A DNA stretch of 64,000 nt from the NCBI RefSeq assembly GCF_055900595.2, contig NZ_CM148325.1. One strand, given 5' to 3'. This document shows, one piece after another, positions 33,784-42,007 of the stretch (the first letter of the stretch is position 1; every line of letters starts with the position of its first letter). Made by a program: the position numbers and the translations under genes. The notes beneath the pieces are model-generated. The model searched no databases. It was not told the origin of the DNA and saw nothing but the letters and a program-made list of their open reading frames with translations.

Positions 33784-33888
33784 GGCAGTTATCATGGACG
33801 CACCTTCATGACACATATTAAGCAGACCTGATTTTTCCATGAAAAATTCATGGTTGAGACAAAAGCACAAAAACAGTAGATTAACCAC

Positions 33889-33987
33889 GGGTGCCTGCCA
33901 CCTGACAACAGGAAGGGGTGTCCATTATCCATGATATACAAACGAAAAGTCTTGTCTTTTGCCCGCCGTTGCGCGGGCTTTTTTTTT
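33889..33987 (+). ncRNA. sRNA-like module D
   Basis: TTGAGA (33854-33859), 17-nt spacer, TAGATT (33877-33882). The homologous stem 33889-33895 / 33917-33923 keeps pairing only through G-U wobbles. Terminator GCCCGC-CGUUGC-GCGGGC followed by U9 (33961-33987). Confidence 0.35.
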
Positions 33988-34016
33988 GCCACCCTCACCA
34001 GTGAGGGTACCATCAT

Positions 34017-34238
34017 TCAGAGGCGCGTAAGCCACCCGGCGTTAACATCCTGCCCGTCAACCCTGACCGCAGAGTCTGAACGGCAGGCACCGGAAGCAGT
34101 ACCAAAAACACCTCTGACAAGTTCCGCCACCTTCCCGATATCATCAGGCGCCACATTCCTCACCTCGACAGCGATCCGTGGCGTACCATCATCGTTAACA
34201 AGCGTGGCTTTAAGGCTGGTACGACGGGCAAATAACAT
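34017..34238 (-). CDS. Small protein orf73 (73 aa), paralogue of orf71
   Basis: Strong SD GGGAGGGGG 5 nt before the ATG at 34238. MLFARRTSLKATLVNDDGTPRIAVEVRNVAPDDIGKVAELVRGVFGTASG... The longer 95-aa track ORF lacks an SD. Confidence 0.45.
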   Translation of the reverse strand: MLFARRTSLKATLVNDDGTPRIAVEVRNVAPDDIGKVAELVRGVFGTASGACRSDSAVRVDGQDVNAGWLTRL

Positions 34239-34288
34239 CAACACCCCCTCCCTTCGGTTCGTTGCACTGGCAGCACGATACCACCAGG

Positions 34289-34329
34289 AAAAAGAAAAGC
34301 CCACAACGTCAGGATTGCGGGCTTTTTTT
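34289..34329. terminator. Bidirectional terminator / last att-core-like hairpin before the copA promoter
   Basis: AGCCCACAA-CGTCAGGA-TTGCGGGCT flanked by an A-run (5' side) and T7 (3' side). In style it resembles the remembered P2 att core (AAAAAATAAGCCCG...). Confidence 0.5.
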
Positions 34330-34395
34330 CTTCAAAAATGGACACTACGTGGACACTGATTAAATAATCCTTTCTTAATCAGACTGTTAAAATGC

Positions 34396-34426
34396 TTGAC
34401 CTTCCCCTTGCTGGAAGGTTTAACCT
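34396..34426 (+). promoter_or_regulatory. copA promoter with CueR (MerR-type) operator
   Basis: TTGACC (34396-34401), 19-bp spacer, TAACCT (34421-34426). Dyad ACCTTCC-N7-GGAAGGT at 34399-34419. This is the established CueR-activated promoter architecture. Confidence 0.85.
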
Positions 34427-34465
34427 TTAACACAGTCAGTCAACACTGTCTTAAAGGAGTACGTT

Positions 34466-36970
34466 ATGTCACAAACTATCGACCTGACCCTGGACGGCCT
34501 GTCCTGCGGTCACTGCGTTAAACGCGTGAAAGAAAGTCTCGAACAGCGCCCGGATGTTGAGCAGGCGGATGTGTCTATCACTGAAGCGCACGTTACCGGT
34601 ACTGCCAGTGCAGAACAGCTGATCGAAACCATCAAACAAGCGGGTTATGACGCATCTGTAAGCCACCCAAAGGCTAAACCGCTGGCGGAGTCATCAATCC
34701 CGTCGGAAGCACTGACAGCGGTTTCTGAGGCGCTTCCGGCAGCAAACGCCGATGACGATGACAGTCAGCAGTTGCTGCTGAGCGGCATGAGCTGCGCCAG
34801 CTGTGTTACCCGCGTACAAAATGCGCTGCAAAGCGTACCGGGCGTCACTCAGGCACGGGTAAACCTGGCGGAGCGTACTGCGCTGGTGATGGGCAGTGCC
34901 TCCCCACAAGATTTAGTGCAGGCAGTGGAAAAAGCGGGCTACGGCGCGGAAGCGATTGAAGATGACGCTAAACGCCGCGAGCGCCAGCAGGAAACCGCCG
35001 TCGCTACCATGAAGCGCTTCCGCTGGCAGGCAATTGTCGCTCTGGCGGTAGGTATCCCGGTGATGGTCTGGGGGATGATCGGCGATAACATGATGGTCAC
35101 CGCCGACAACCGCAGTCTGTGGTTAGTTATCGGCCTGATAACGCTGGCGGTAATGGTTTTCGCCGGCGGGCATTTTTACCGTAGCGCATGGAAAAGCCTG
35201 CTGAACGGTGCGGCGACAATGGATACGCTGGTGGCGCTGGGTACTGGCGTGGCGTGGCTCTATTCAATGAGCGTCAACCTGTGGCCGCAGTGGTTCCCGA
35301 TGGAAGCGCGACATCTTTATTACGAAGCCAGTGCGATGATTATCGGTCTGATTAATCTCGGTCATATGCTGGAAGCGCGCGCACGTCAGCGTTCTTCAAA
35401 GGCGCTGGAGAAATTACTCGATTTAACCCCGCCGACGGCGCGCCTGGTCACTGACGAAGGTGAAAAAAGCGTGCCGCTGGCAGATGTTCAGCCTGGTATG
35501 TTACTACGCCTGACGACCGGCGATCGCGTACCGGTAGATGGTGAAATTACCCAGGGCGAAGCGTGGCTGGATGAAGCAATGCTGACGGGCGAACCTATTC
35601 CGCAGCAAAAAGGCGAAGGCGATAGCGTTCATGCAGGTACCGTGGTGCAGGACGGTAGCGTGCTGTTTCGTGCCAGTGCGGTTGGCAGCCATACTACGCT
35701 GTCACGGATCATTCGTATGGTGCGCCAGGCCCAGAGCAGTAAACCGGAAATCGGCCAGTTGGCGGATAAAATCTCTGCCGTATTTGTGCCGGTAGTGGTG
35801 GTGATTGCGCTGGTCAGTGCGGCAATCTGGTACTTCTTTGGTCCGGCACCGCAAATTGTTTATACCCTGGTGATTGCCACTACGGTACTGATTATCGCCT
35901 GCCCGTGTGCGCTGGGGCTGGCAACGCCAATGTCGATTATTTCCGGCGTCGGGCGTGCGGCTGAATTTGGCGTGCTGGTGCGGGACGCCGACGCGCTGCA
36001 GCGCGCCAGTACGCTCGACACCGTAGTGTTCGATAAAACCGGGACGCTGACCGAAGGGAAGCCGCAGGTTGTCGCAGTAAAAACATTTGCTGATGTTGAT
36101 GAAGCGCAAGCATTGCGTCTGGCGGCGGCACTGGAACAAGGTTCCAGCCATCCGCTGGCACGGGCGATCCTCGATAAAGCAGGCGATATGCAGCTGCCGC
36201 AGGTCAACAGCTTCCGTACATTGCGTGGGCTGGGCGTGAGCGGTGAAGCAGAAGGTCATGCGTTATTGCTGGGTAATCAGGCGTTGTTAAATGACCAGCA
36301 AGTCGATACTAAAGCGATTGAAGCAGATATTTCAGCCCAGGCATCGCAAGGGGCAACGCCTGTGCTGCTGGCGGTTGACGGGAAAGCGGTGGCCTTGCTG
36401 GCGGTGCGCGATCCGTTGCGTAACGATAGTGTGGCGGCACTGCAACGTCTGCATAAAGCGGGATATCGTCTGGTGATGCTAACCGGGGATAACCCGACCA
36501 CCGCCAATGCGATCGCCAAAGAAGCAGGGATTGATGAGGTGATAGCCGGCGTGCTGCCAGACGGTAAAGCCGAAGCGATCAAACGTCTGCAAAGTGAAGG
36601 ACGTCAGGTGGCAATGGTGGGCGACGGCATTAACGACGCGCCAGCGCTGGCTCAGGCGGATGTCGGTATTGCTATGGGTGGCGGCAGCGATGTTGCCATT
36701 GAAACCGCGGCGATTACCCTGATGCGCCATAGCCTGATGGGTGTTGCGGATGCGCTCGCAATTTCCCGCGCAACGCTGCGCAACATGAAGCAGAACCTGC
36801 TCGGTGCGTTTATCTACAACAGCATTGGTATTCCGGTCGCCGCCGGTATTTTGTGGCCGTTCACGGGAACACTGCTTAACCCGGTGGTTGCCGGAGCGGC
36901 AATGGCGCTCTCGTCGATTACCGTAGTGAGTAACGCCAACCGGTTGCTGCGGTTTAAACCGAAGGAATAA
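34466..36970 (+). CDS. copA: Cu(I)-exporting P-type ATPase
   Basis: 834 aa, with two N-terminal GLSCGHC/GMSCASC metal-binding domains, CPC, DKTGT and GDGINDAP motifs. Recognised as E. coli CopA. Confidence 0.97.
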   Translation: MSQTIDLTLDGLSCGHCVKRVKESLEQRPDVEQADVSITEAHVTGTASAEQLIETIKQAGYDASVSHPKAKPLAESSIPSEALTAVSEALPAANADDDDSQQLLLSGMSCASCVTRVQNALQSVPGVTQARVNLAERTALVMGSASPQDLVQAVEKAGYGAEAIEDDAKRRERQQETAVATMKRFRWQAIVALAVGIPVMVWGMIGDNMMVTADNRSLWLVIGLITLAVMVFAGGHFYRSAWKSLLNGAATMDTLVALGTGVAWLYSMSVNLWPQWFPMEARHLYYEASAMIIGLINLGHMLEARARQRSSKALEKLLDLTPPTARLVTDEGEKSVPLADVQPGMLLRLTTGDRVPVDGEITQGEAWLDEAMLTGEPIPQQKGEGDSVHAGTVVQDGSVLFRASAVGSHTTLSRIIRMVRQAQSSKPEIGQLADKISAVFVPVVVVIALVSAAIWYFFGPAPQIVYTLVIATTVLIIACPCALGLATPMSIISGVGRAAEFGVLVRDADALQRASTLDTVVFDKTGTLTEGKPQVVAVKTFADVDEAQALRLAAALEQGSSHPLARAILDKAGDMQLPQVNSFRTLRGLGVSGEAEGHALLLGNQALLNDQQVDTKAIEADISAQASQGATPVLLAVDGKAVALLAVRDPLRNDSVAALQRLHKAGYRLVMLTGDNPTTANAIAKEAGIDEVIAGVLPDGKAEAIKRLQSEGRQVAMVGDGINDAPALAQADVGIAMGGGSDVAIETAAITLMRHSLMGVADALAISRATLRNMKQNLLGAFIYNSIGIPVAAGILWPFTGTLLNPVVAGAAMALSSITVVSNANRLLRFKPKE
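34666..34672 (+). other. copA -1 programmed frameshift site giving CopA(Z)
   Basis: Slippery C CCA AAG at codons 67-69. The -1 frame reads GGC TAA, giving the published 70-aa metallochaperone product. Confidence 0.7.
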
Positions 36971-36974
36971 GTAT

Positions 36975-37065
36975 GTCATTGCGGATGCGCTGCTTTAGGG
37001 TGGCGCATCTGGCATCGACGCATGCCTGCCGGATGCGGCGATGTTTTGGCCTTACGCGACCTTTT
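36975..37065. repeat. REP-type extragenic palindromes
   Basis: TGCGGATGCG...CGCATCTGGCA and GCCTGCCGGATGCGGCG motifs typical of E. coli REP. Confidence 0.6.
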
Positions 37066-37165
37066 TGCACGTTTTCCCCGGCGTGCCAAATATTTAATCC
37101 GTCCCAACTCCATTTGCGCCATCCCTCACCGCGCGCTAGCATGATATTTCACAAAGGGAGGTCGT

Positions 37166-37960
37166 ATGGATCTGTTGTACCGGGTAAAAACGCTTTGGGC
37201 CGCGCTGTGCGGTAATCATTACACCTGGCCTGCTATCGATATCTCTCTTCCCGACCATCGCCATTTTCATCTAATCGGCAGTATTCATATGGGTAGCCAC
37301 GATATGGCTCCCCTGCCCACCCGTTTGCTCAAAAAGCTCAAAAACGCCGATGCGCTGATCGTCGAGGCGGATGTTTCTACCAGCGATACGCCTTTTGCCA
37401 ATTTGCCTGCCTGCGAGGCGCTGGAAGAGCGCATTAGCGAGGAGCAACTCCAAAACCTGCAGCACATTAGCCAGGAGATGGGCATTTCTCCGTCGCTCTT
37501 TTCTACCCAACCGCTGTGGCAAATCGCGATGGTTCTTCAGGCAACGCAAGCGCAAAAACTGGGGCTGCGGGCAGAATATGGTATCGATTACCAGCTATTG
37601 CAGGTGGCGAAGCAACAACATAAACCCGTGATTGAACTGGAAGGGGCAGAAAACCAGATTGCCATGTTGCTCCAGCTCCCTGACAAAGGACTGGCGCTGC
37701 TGGACGATACGCTGACCCACTGGCACACCAACGCTCGTTTGCTGCAACAAATGATGAGTTGGTGGCTGAATGCACCACCGCAAAATAATGAAATAACGCT
37801 GCCCAATACGTTCAGTCAGTCGCTGTACGATGTGTTGATGCATCAGCGAAATCTCGCCTGGCGGGACAAATTACGCGCTATGCCGCCGGGGCGCTATGTG
37901 GTCGCGGTCGGTGCACTACACCTGTATGGAGAAGGGAATTTGCCACAAATGTTGCGCTAA
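37166..37960 (+). CDS. ybaP: TraB/GumN-family protein
   Basis: 264 aa. Synteny between copA and chiX/ybaK as in E. coli. Confidence 0.8.
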   Translation: MDLLYRVKTLWAALCGNHYTWPAIDISLPDHRHFHLIGSIHMGSHDMAPLPTRLLKKLKNADALIVEADVSTSDTPFANLPACEALEERISEEQLQNLQHISQEMGISPSLFSTQPLWQIAMVLQATQAQKLGLRAEYGIDYQLLQVAKQQHKPVIELEGAENQIAMLLQLPDKGLALLDDTLTHWHTNARLLQQMMSWWLNAPPQNNEITLPNTFSQSLYDVLMHQRNLAWRDKLRAMPPGRYVVAVGALHLYGEGNLPQMLR

Positions 37961-38042
37961 AAAAATGGCCAATATCGCTATTGGCCCGTCAAAGAGGAAT
38001 TTCATTTTTTTATTATTATGCCGTCACTTTAAGCGACGGTGT
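37959..38042 (-). ncRNA. chiX: ChiX (MicM/SroB) Hfq-dependent sRNA
   Basis: The reverse complement reads ACACCGTCGCTTAAAGTGACGGCATAATAATAAAAAAATGAAATTCCTCTTTGACGGGCCAATAGCGATATTGGCCATTTTTTT. This matches my memory of the 84-nt ChiX sequence and its ybaK-ybaP location. Confidence 0.85.
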
Positions 38043-38163
38043 AACTCGATTGTCGCTCAATCTCACCATCCTGCCAATACTCTTAGGCAAGATGACTCTT
38101 TTTTTTGGACCGCCATCAGGCGTATGCTTGCTTCGTTTTTTTGTTTAAGGCAGGAAAATTACC

Positions 38164-38643
38164 ATGACACCCGCAGTTAAATTACTCGAAAAAAACAAGA
38201 TTTCGTTTCAAATCCATACCTACGAGCACGATCCAGCTGAAACCAATTTTGGCGATGAAGTCGTCAAAAAATTAGGTTTGAATCCGGATCAGGTCTACAA
38301 AACGCTGCTGGTCGCAGTGAACGGTGATATGAAACATCTGGCAGTGGCCGTTACGCCGGTCGCCGGTCAACTGGATCTTAAAAAAGTAGCAAAGGCGTTG
38401 GGTGCCAAGAAAGTTGAGATGGCCGATCCGATGGTCGCGCAGCGTTCGACGGGATATCTGGTTGGGGGGATTAGCCCACTGGGGCAGAAAAAACGCCTGC
38501 CGACGATTATCGACGCCCCCGCGCAAGAGTTTGCCACTATTTTTGTTTCTGGCGGCAAGCGCGGGCTGGACATCGAACTGGCGGCAAGCGACCTGGCGAA
38601 GATCCTCGATGCCAAATTTGCTGATATCGCTCGTCGCGATTAA
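38164..38643 (+). CDS. ybaK: Cys-tRNA(Pro)/Cys-tRNA(Cys) deacylase
   Basis: 159 aa, YbaK/ProX editing-domain sequence; synteny. Confidence 0.9.
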   Translation: MTPAVKLLEKNKISFQIHTYEHDPAETNFGDEVVKKLGLNPDQVYKTLLVAVNGDMKHLAVAVTPVAGQLDLKKVAKALGAKKVEMADPMVAQRSTGYLVGGISPLGQKKRLPTIIDAPAQEFATIFVSGGKRGLDIELAASDLAKILDAKFADIARRD

Positions 38644-38679
38644 GCATTGTGCCGGATGCGAACATCCGGCACTTTCGGA

Positions 38680-40332
38680 TTACTGCCAGCTCACCTCACC
38701 TTTCGGTTCATAGACACTCACATCCAGCGGCGAGTTTTTCTGGATATACGCTTTCAGCACTTCAGCATCAATAAAGCCGGTATTCACATAGCCCGGTTTG
38801 TTATCCAGACGCGGATAGCCATCACCGCCAGTGGCATTGAAGTTTAATGTCGCCATACGGTAAGTTTTCGCCGGATCGACCGGTTCGCCTTTGATTTTCA
38901 GGTCGTTCAGTTTGCCGTCTTTCGCCACAAAGCTAACGTTGGCAAATTGCGGATAGGCACCAGAATCAGGCTTCATTTGTGCGACGGCGGTCAGGTAATC
39001 AATCACCTCTTTACCGGTCATGTCGGCATACACCACCACATTGCCGAATGGCTGCACTTTCAGCACATTTTTATAGCTGATATCACCTGTTTCGATAGAA
39101 TCACGAATTCCGCCTCCGCTCATCACCGCAAAGTCGGCACCAGTGCGATCCATTTGTGCTGCCAGAATCAACCGCCCCATATTGGTCTGTACAAAACGCA
39201 CTTTGCTGCGGTCGCCTTCCAGACGACCATTGGTTTCGCCTATTTTCACTTCCAGCTGCGCTTTGCCTTTGTTCTGGAACGGTGATAACAGCGAAATCAT
39301 TTGCTGGTTTTCGGCGATTTCAGGGGTGTAAAGCACACGCTCGCTTTTCCCGTCTTCCCAGGTCACTTTCTTCTTCAGGTTTACCGGAATCAACTGGTAG
39401 TTGACCATTTTCATTTCGCCGTTGCGAAACTCAAAGTCGGCCCGACCAACGTACTTGCCCCACTCATGCGCTTGTACAATCCAGATGCCATTTTGTTGAT
39501 CCGGTTTGCATGGCGTACCAGGAACGTAATCGACCTGTTTTTTATTTTCTGCCGCCATACAGACTGGATCTTGCGAGTGACCTCCGACGATCATCGCCAG
39601 CGATCCGGCAGGCAGCGCGCGTGCCATCTCCACATCGCCCGCTGCATTAGAGCCGTGCTCACCATTGTCGTAATGCCCCATATGGGTTGCCGCGATAATA
39701 ATGTCTGGCTTTTCTGTCTGTTGCAGCTCCTGAATCACCAGCTTCGCTTTATCAGCGGGCTTACGAAATTCGATATCAGTGAAGTATTCCGGGTTACCAA
39801 TTTTGGCTGTGTCATCGGTTGTCAGCCCAATAACGGCAATTTTCAGATCCTGACGCTTAAACAGCGCCCATGGTTTAAACAGGCGCTCACCAGTGCTTTT
39901 TTGGTAGATATTGGCGGAAAGCAACGGGAACTTAGCCCACTTTTCCTGCTGGCGTAATACGGTGAGCGGGTTATCAAATTCATGATTACCGATCGCCATT
40001 GCATCATAGCCCACCAGATTCATACCTCGAAAATCAGGTTCGGCATCCTGTAAGTCGGACTCGGGCACGCCAGTATTAATGTCGCCACCGGAAAGTAGCA
40101 GCACGCTACCACCTTCAGCCGCAACCTCTTTGCGAATACCGTCCACCAGCGTTTTTTGCGCCGCCAGACCATATTCGCCATATTCATTACGCCAGAAATG
40201 ACCATGATGATCATTGGTATGCAGAACTGTAATTTTGTAGGTTTTATCCTGCTCATAAGCCAGAGCAGTTTCACTCGCCAGTGTAAATGTGGTTAACAGT
40301 GCTAACGCCACGCCCCGCTGCAATAATTTCAT
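38680..40332 (-). CDS. ushA: UDP-sugar hydrolase / 5'-nucleotidase, periplasmic
   Basis: 550 aa, signal peptide, metallophosphatase motifs (HTNDHHG, GGD, GNHEFD). Recognised as UshA. Confidence 0.95.
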   Translation of the reverse strand: MKLLQRGVALALLTTFTLASETALAYEQDKTYKITVLHTNDHHGHFWRNEYGEYGLAAQKTLVDGIRKEVAAEGGSVLLLSGGDINTGVPESDLQDAEPDFRGMNLVGYDAMAIGNHEFDNPLTVLRQQEKWAKFPLLSANIYQKSTGERLFKPWALFKRQDLKIAVIGLTTDDTAKIGNPEYFTDIEFRKPADKAKLVIQELQQTEKPDIIIAATHMGHYDNGEHGSNAAGDVEMARALPAGSLAMIVGGHSQDPVCMAAENKKQVDYVPGTPCKPDQQNGIWIVQAHEWGKYVGRADFEFRNGEMKMVNYQLIPVNLKKKVTWEDGKSERVLYTPEIAENQQMISLLSPFQNKGKAQLEVKIGETNGRLEGDRSKVRFVQTNMGRLILAAQMDRTGADFAVMSGGGIRDSIETGDISYKNVLKVQPFGNVVVYADMTGKEVIDYLTAVAQMKPDSGAYPQFANVSFVAKDGKLNDLKIKGEPVDPAKTYRMATLNFNATGGDGYPRLDNKPGYVNTGFIDAEVLKAYIQKNSPLDVSVYEPKGEVSWQ

Positions 40333-40549
40333 ACTTCTCTCCCTGATCAGATTTCAACGTGTTGAAAAATAGTATGACGCGACATCATAGACAAGTCTGC
40401 GTCCGGTGAAGATAAATCTGCATCCAGATTAGAAATTCTGTATTCAGCGTTGAGACTTCCTTCAGGCGGCGCATACAGGTATGTTAGTCGGGTAATAATC
40501 ACAAATAAGATCATTCTTTACATCGCAACCCTGAAAAAGTGACTTTCCT

Positions 40550-41770
40550 ATGGCAATGAGTGAACAAACCCAGCCAGTGGCTGGCGCTGCTGCGTCAACG
40601 ACCAAGGCCCGAACATCGTTTGGTATTTTAGGTGCTATCAGCCTCTCACATCTGCTGAACGACATGATCCAATCGCTGATTCTGGCGATTTATCCCCTGC
40701 TTCAGTCAGAATTTTCTCTGACATTTATGCAAATTGGCATGATAACCCTCACCTTCCAGCTCGCCTCTTCACTATTGCAACCGGTGGTCGGCTACTGGAC
40801 GGATAAATATCCGATGCCGTGGTCGTTGCCGATTGGCATGTGCTTTACCTTAAGCGGTCTGGTGCTGCTGGCGCTGGCGGGCAGTTTTGGCGCAGTTCTG
40901 CTGGCGGCGGCGTTGGTCGGCACTGGTTCGTCGGTCTTTCACCCGGAATCCTCACGCGTGGCCCGAATGGCGTCTGGTGGCCGTCATGGTCTGGCGCAAT
41001 CTATCTTCCAGGTCGGCGGAAACTTTGGCAGTTCACTTGGTCCCTTGCTGGCGGCGGTAATTATCGCGCCTTATGGCAAAGGTAACGTGGCGTGGTTTGT
41101 ACTGGCTGCTCTGTTAGCTATCGTGGTGCTGGCGCAAATCAGCCGTTGGTACTCTGCACAGCACCGAATGAATAAGGGCAAACCCAAAGCAACGATTATC
41201 AATCCACTGCCGCGCAACAAAGTGGTACTGGCGGTCAGCATTCTGTTAATCCTGATTTTCTCGAAATATTTCTATATGGCGAGCATCAGCAGCTATTACA
41301 CCTTTTATCTGATGCAAAAATTCGGATTATCTATCCAGAATGCCCAGCTTCATCTATTTGCATTCCTGTTTGCCGTTGCGGCAGGTACGGTGATCGGCGG
41401 GCCTGTAGGGGATAAAATTGGACGGAAATATGTGATTTGGGGCTCTATCCTCGGCGTTGCGCCGTTTACGCTGATTTTACCCTACGCCAGCCTGCACTGG
41501 ACGGGGGTTTTAACGGTGATTATTGGATTTATCCTCGCTTCGGCGTTCTCTGCCATTCTGGTCTACGCTCAGGAGCTACTTCCAGGACGTATCGGTATGG
41601 TTTCTGGACTCTTTTTCGGTTTTGCTTTCGGCATGGGGGGTCTGGGAGCGGCAGTTCTGGGGCTTATCGCCGACCACACCAGCATCGAGTTAGTCTATAA
41701 AATCTGTGCTTTCCTGCCACTATTGGGGATGTTGACCATATTCCTACCTGATAACCGGCATAAAGACTGA
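40550..41770 (+). CDS. fsr: Fosmidomycin resistance MFS transporter
   Basis: 406 aa, 12-TM MFS; synteny. Confidence 0.9.
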   Translation: MAMSEQTQPVAGAAASTTKARTSFGILGAISLSHLLNDMIQSLILAIYPLLQSEFSLTFMQIGMITLTFQLASSLLQPVVGYWTDKYPMPWSLPIGMCFTLSGLVLLALAGSFGAVLLAAALVGTGSSVFHPESSRVARMASGGRHGLAQSIFQVGGNFGSSLGPLLAAVIIAPYGKGNVAWFVLAALLAIVVLAQISRWYSAQHRMNKGKPKATIINPLPRNKVVLAVSILLILIFSKYFYMASISSYYTFYLMQKFGLSIQNAQLHLFAFLFAVAAGTVIGGPVGDKIGRKYVIWGSILGVAPFTLILPYASLHWTGVLTVIIGFILASAFSAILVYAQELLPGRIGMVSGLFFGFAFGMGGLGAAVLGLIADHTSIELVYKICAFLPLLGMLTIFLPDNRHKD

Positions 41771-42007
41771 TTTCATTGCAGCCAAAGGCAAACTTTGGCT
41801 GCATCGTTTTACAGTCGCCATAAGCCTTTCCTCTGTTAAACCGCCTTCTGTTTTCCGATCCGTGCTTTTTTTGCCGCTAATTCCATTTTTCTGCAAAATT
41901 CAACAATTATTCATAAACATCATCAATGAAATTGTCATAAACTATTACCTGTAATTTTGGTTTTCCCGGCCAAAAATGGACAATAACCACCAGGAAAAGG
42001 AGACGGA

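Noticed and set aside
33550-33990. The tandem repeats could have been a CRISPR array.
   Set aside because: The repeat unit is about 195 bp with promoter-like and terminator elements. There is no 25-40-bp repeat/spacer periodicity and no cas genes.
33438-34016. Three overlapping minus-strand ORFs (61-96 aa) with repeated peptide segments, and 31-codon plus-strand ORFs inside the 195-bp repeats.
   Set aside because: They are translations of the tandem repeat. Between copies, every codon difference in the 31-codon frame is non-synonymous, the ORFs run through terminator hairpins, and none has an SD.
33931-34359. A 142-aa plus-strand ORF.
   Set aside because: It is antisense to orf73, crosses two terminators, and has no SD.
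36971-37165. From memory, K-12 carries ybaQ (a higA-like HTH gene) between copA and ybaP. Here there are only 196 bp with REP sequences.
   Set aside because: This is probably strain-level variation, or my recollection of the K-12 order is imperfect. It cannot be judged without a reference alignment.
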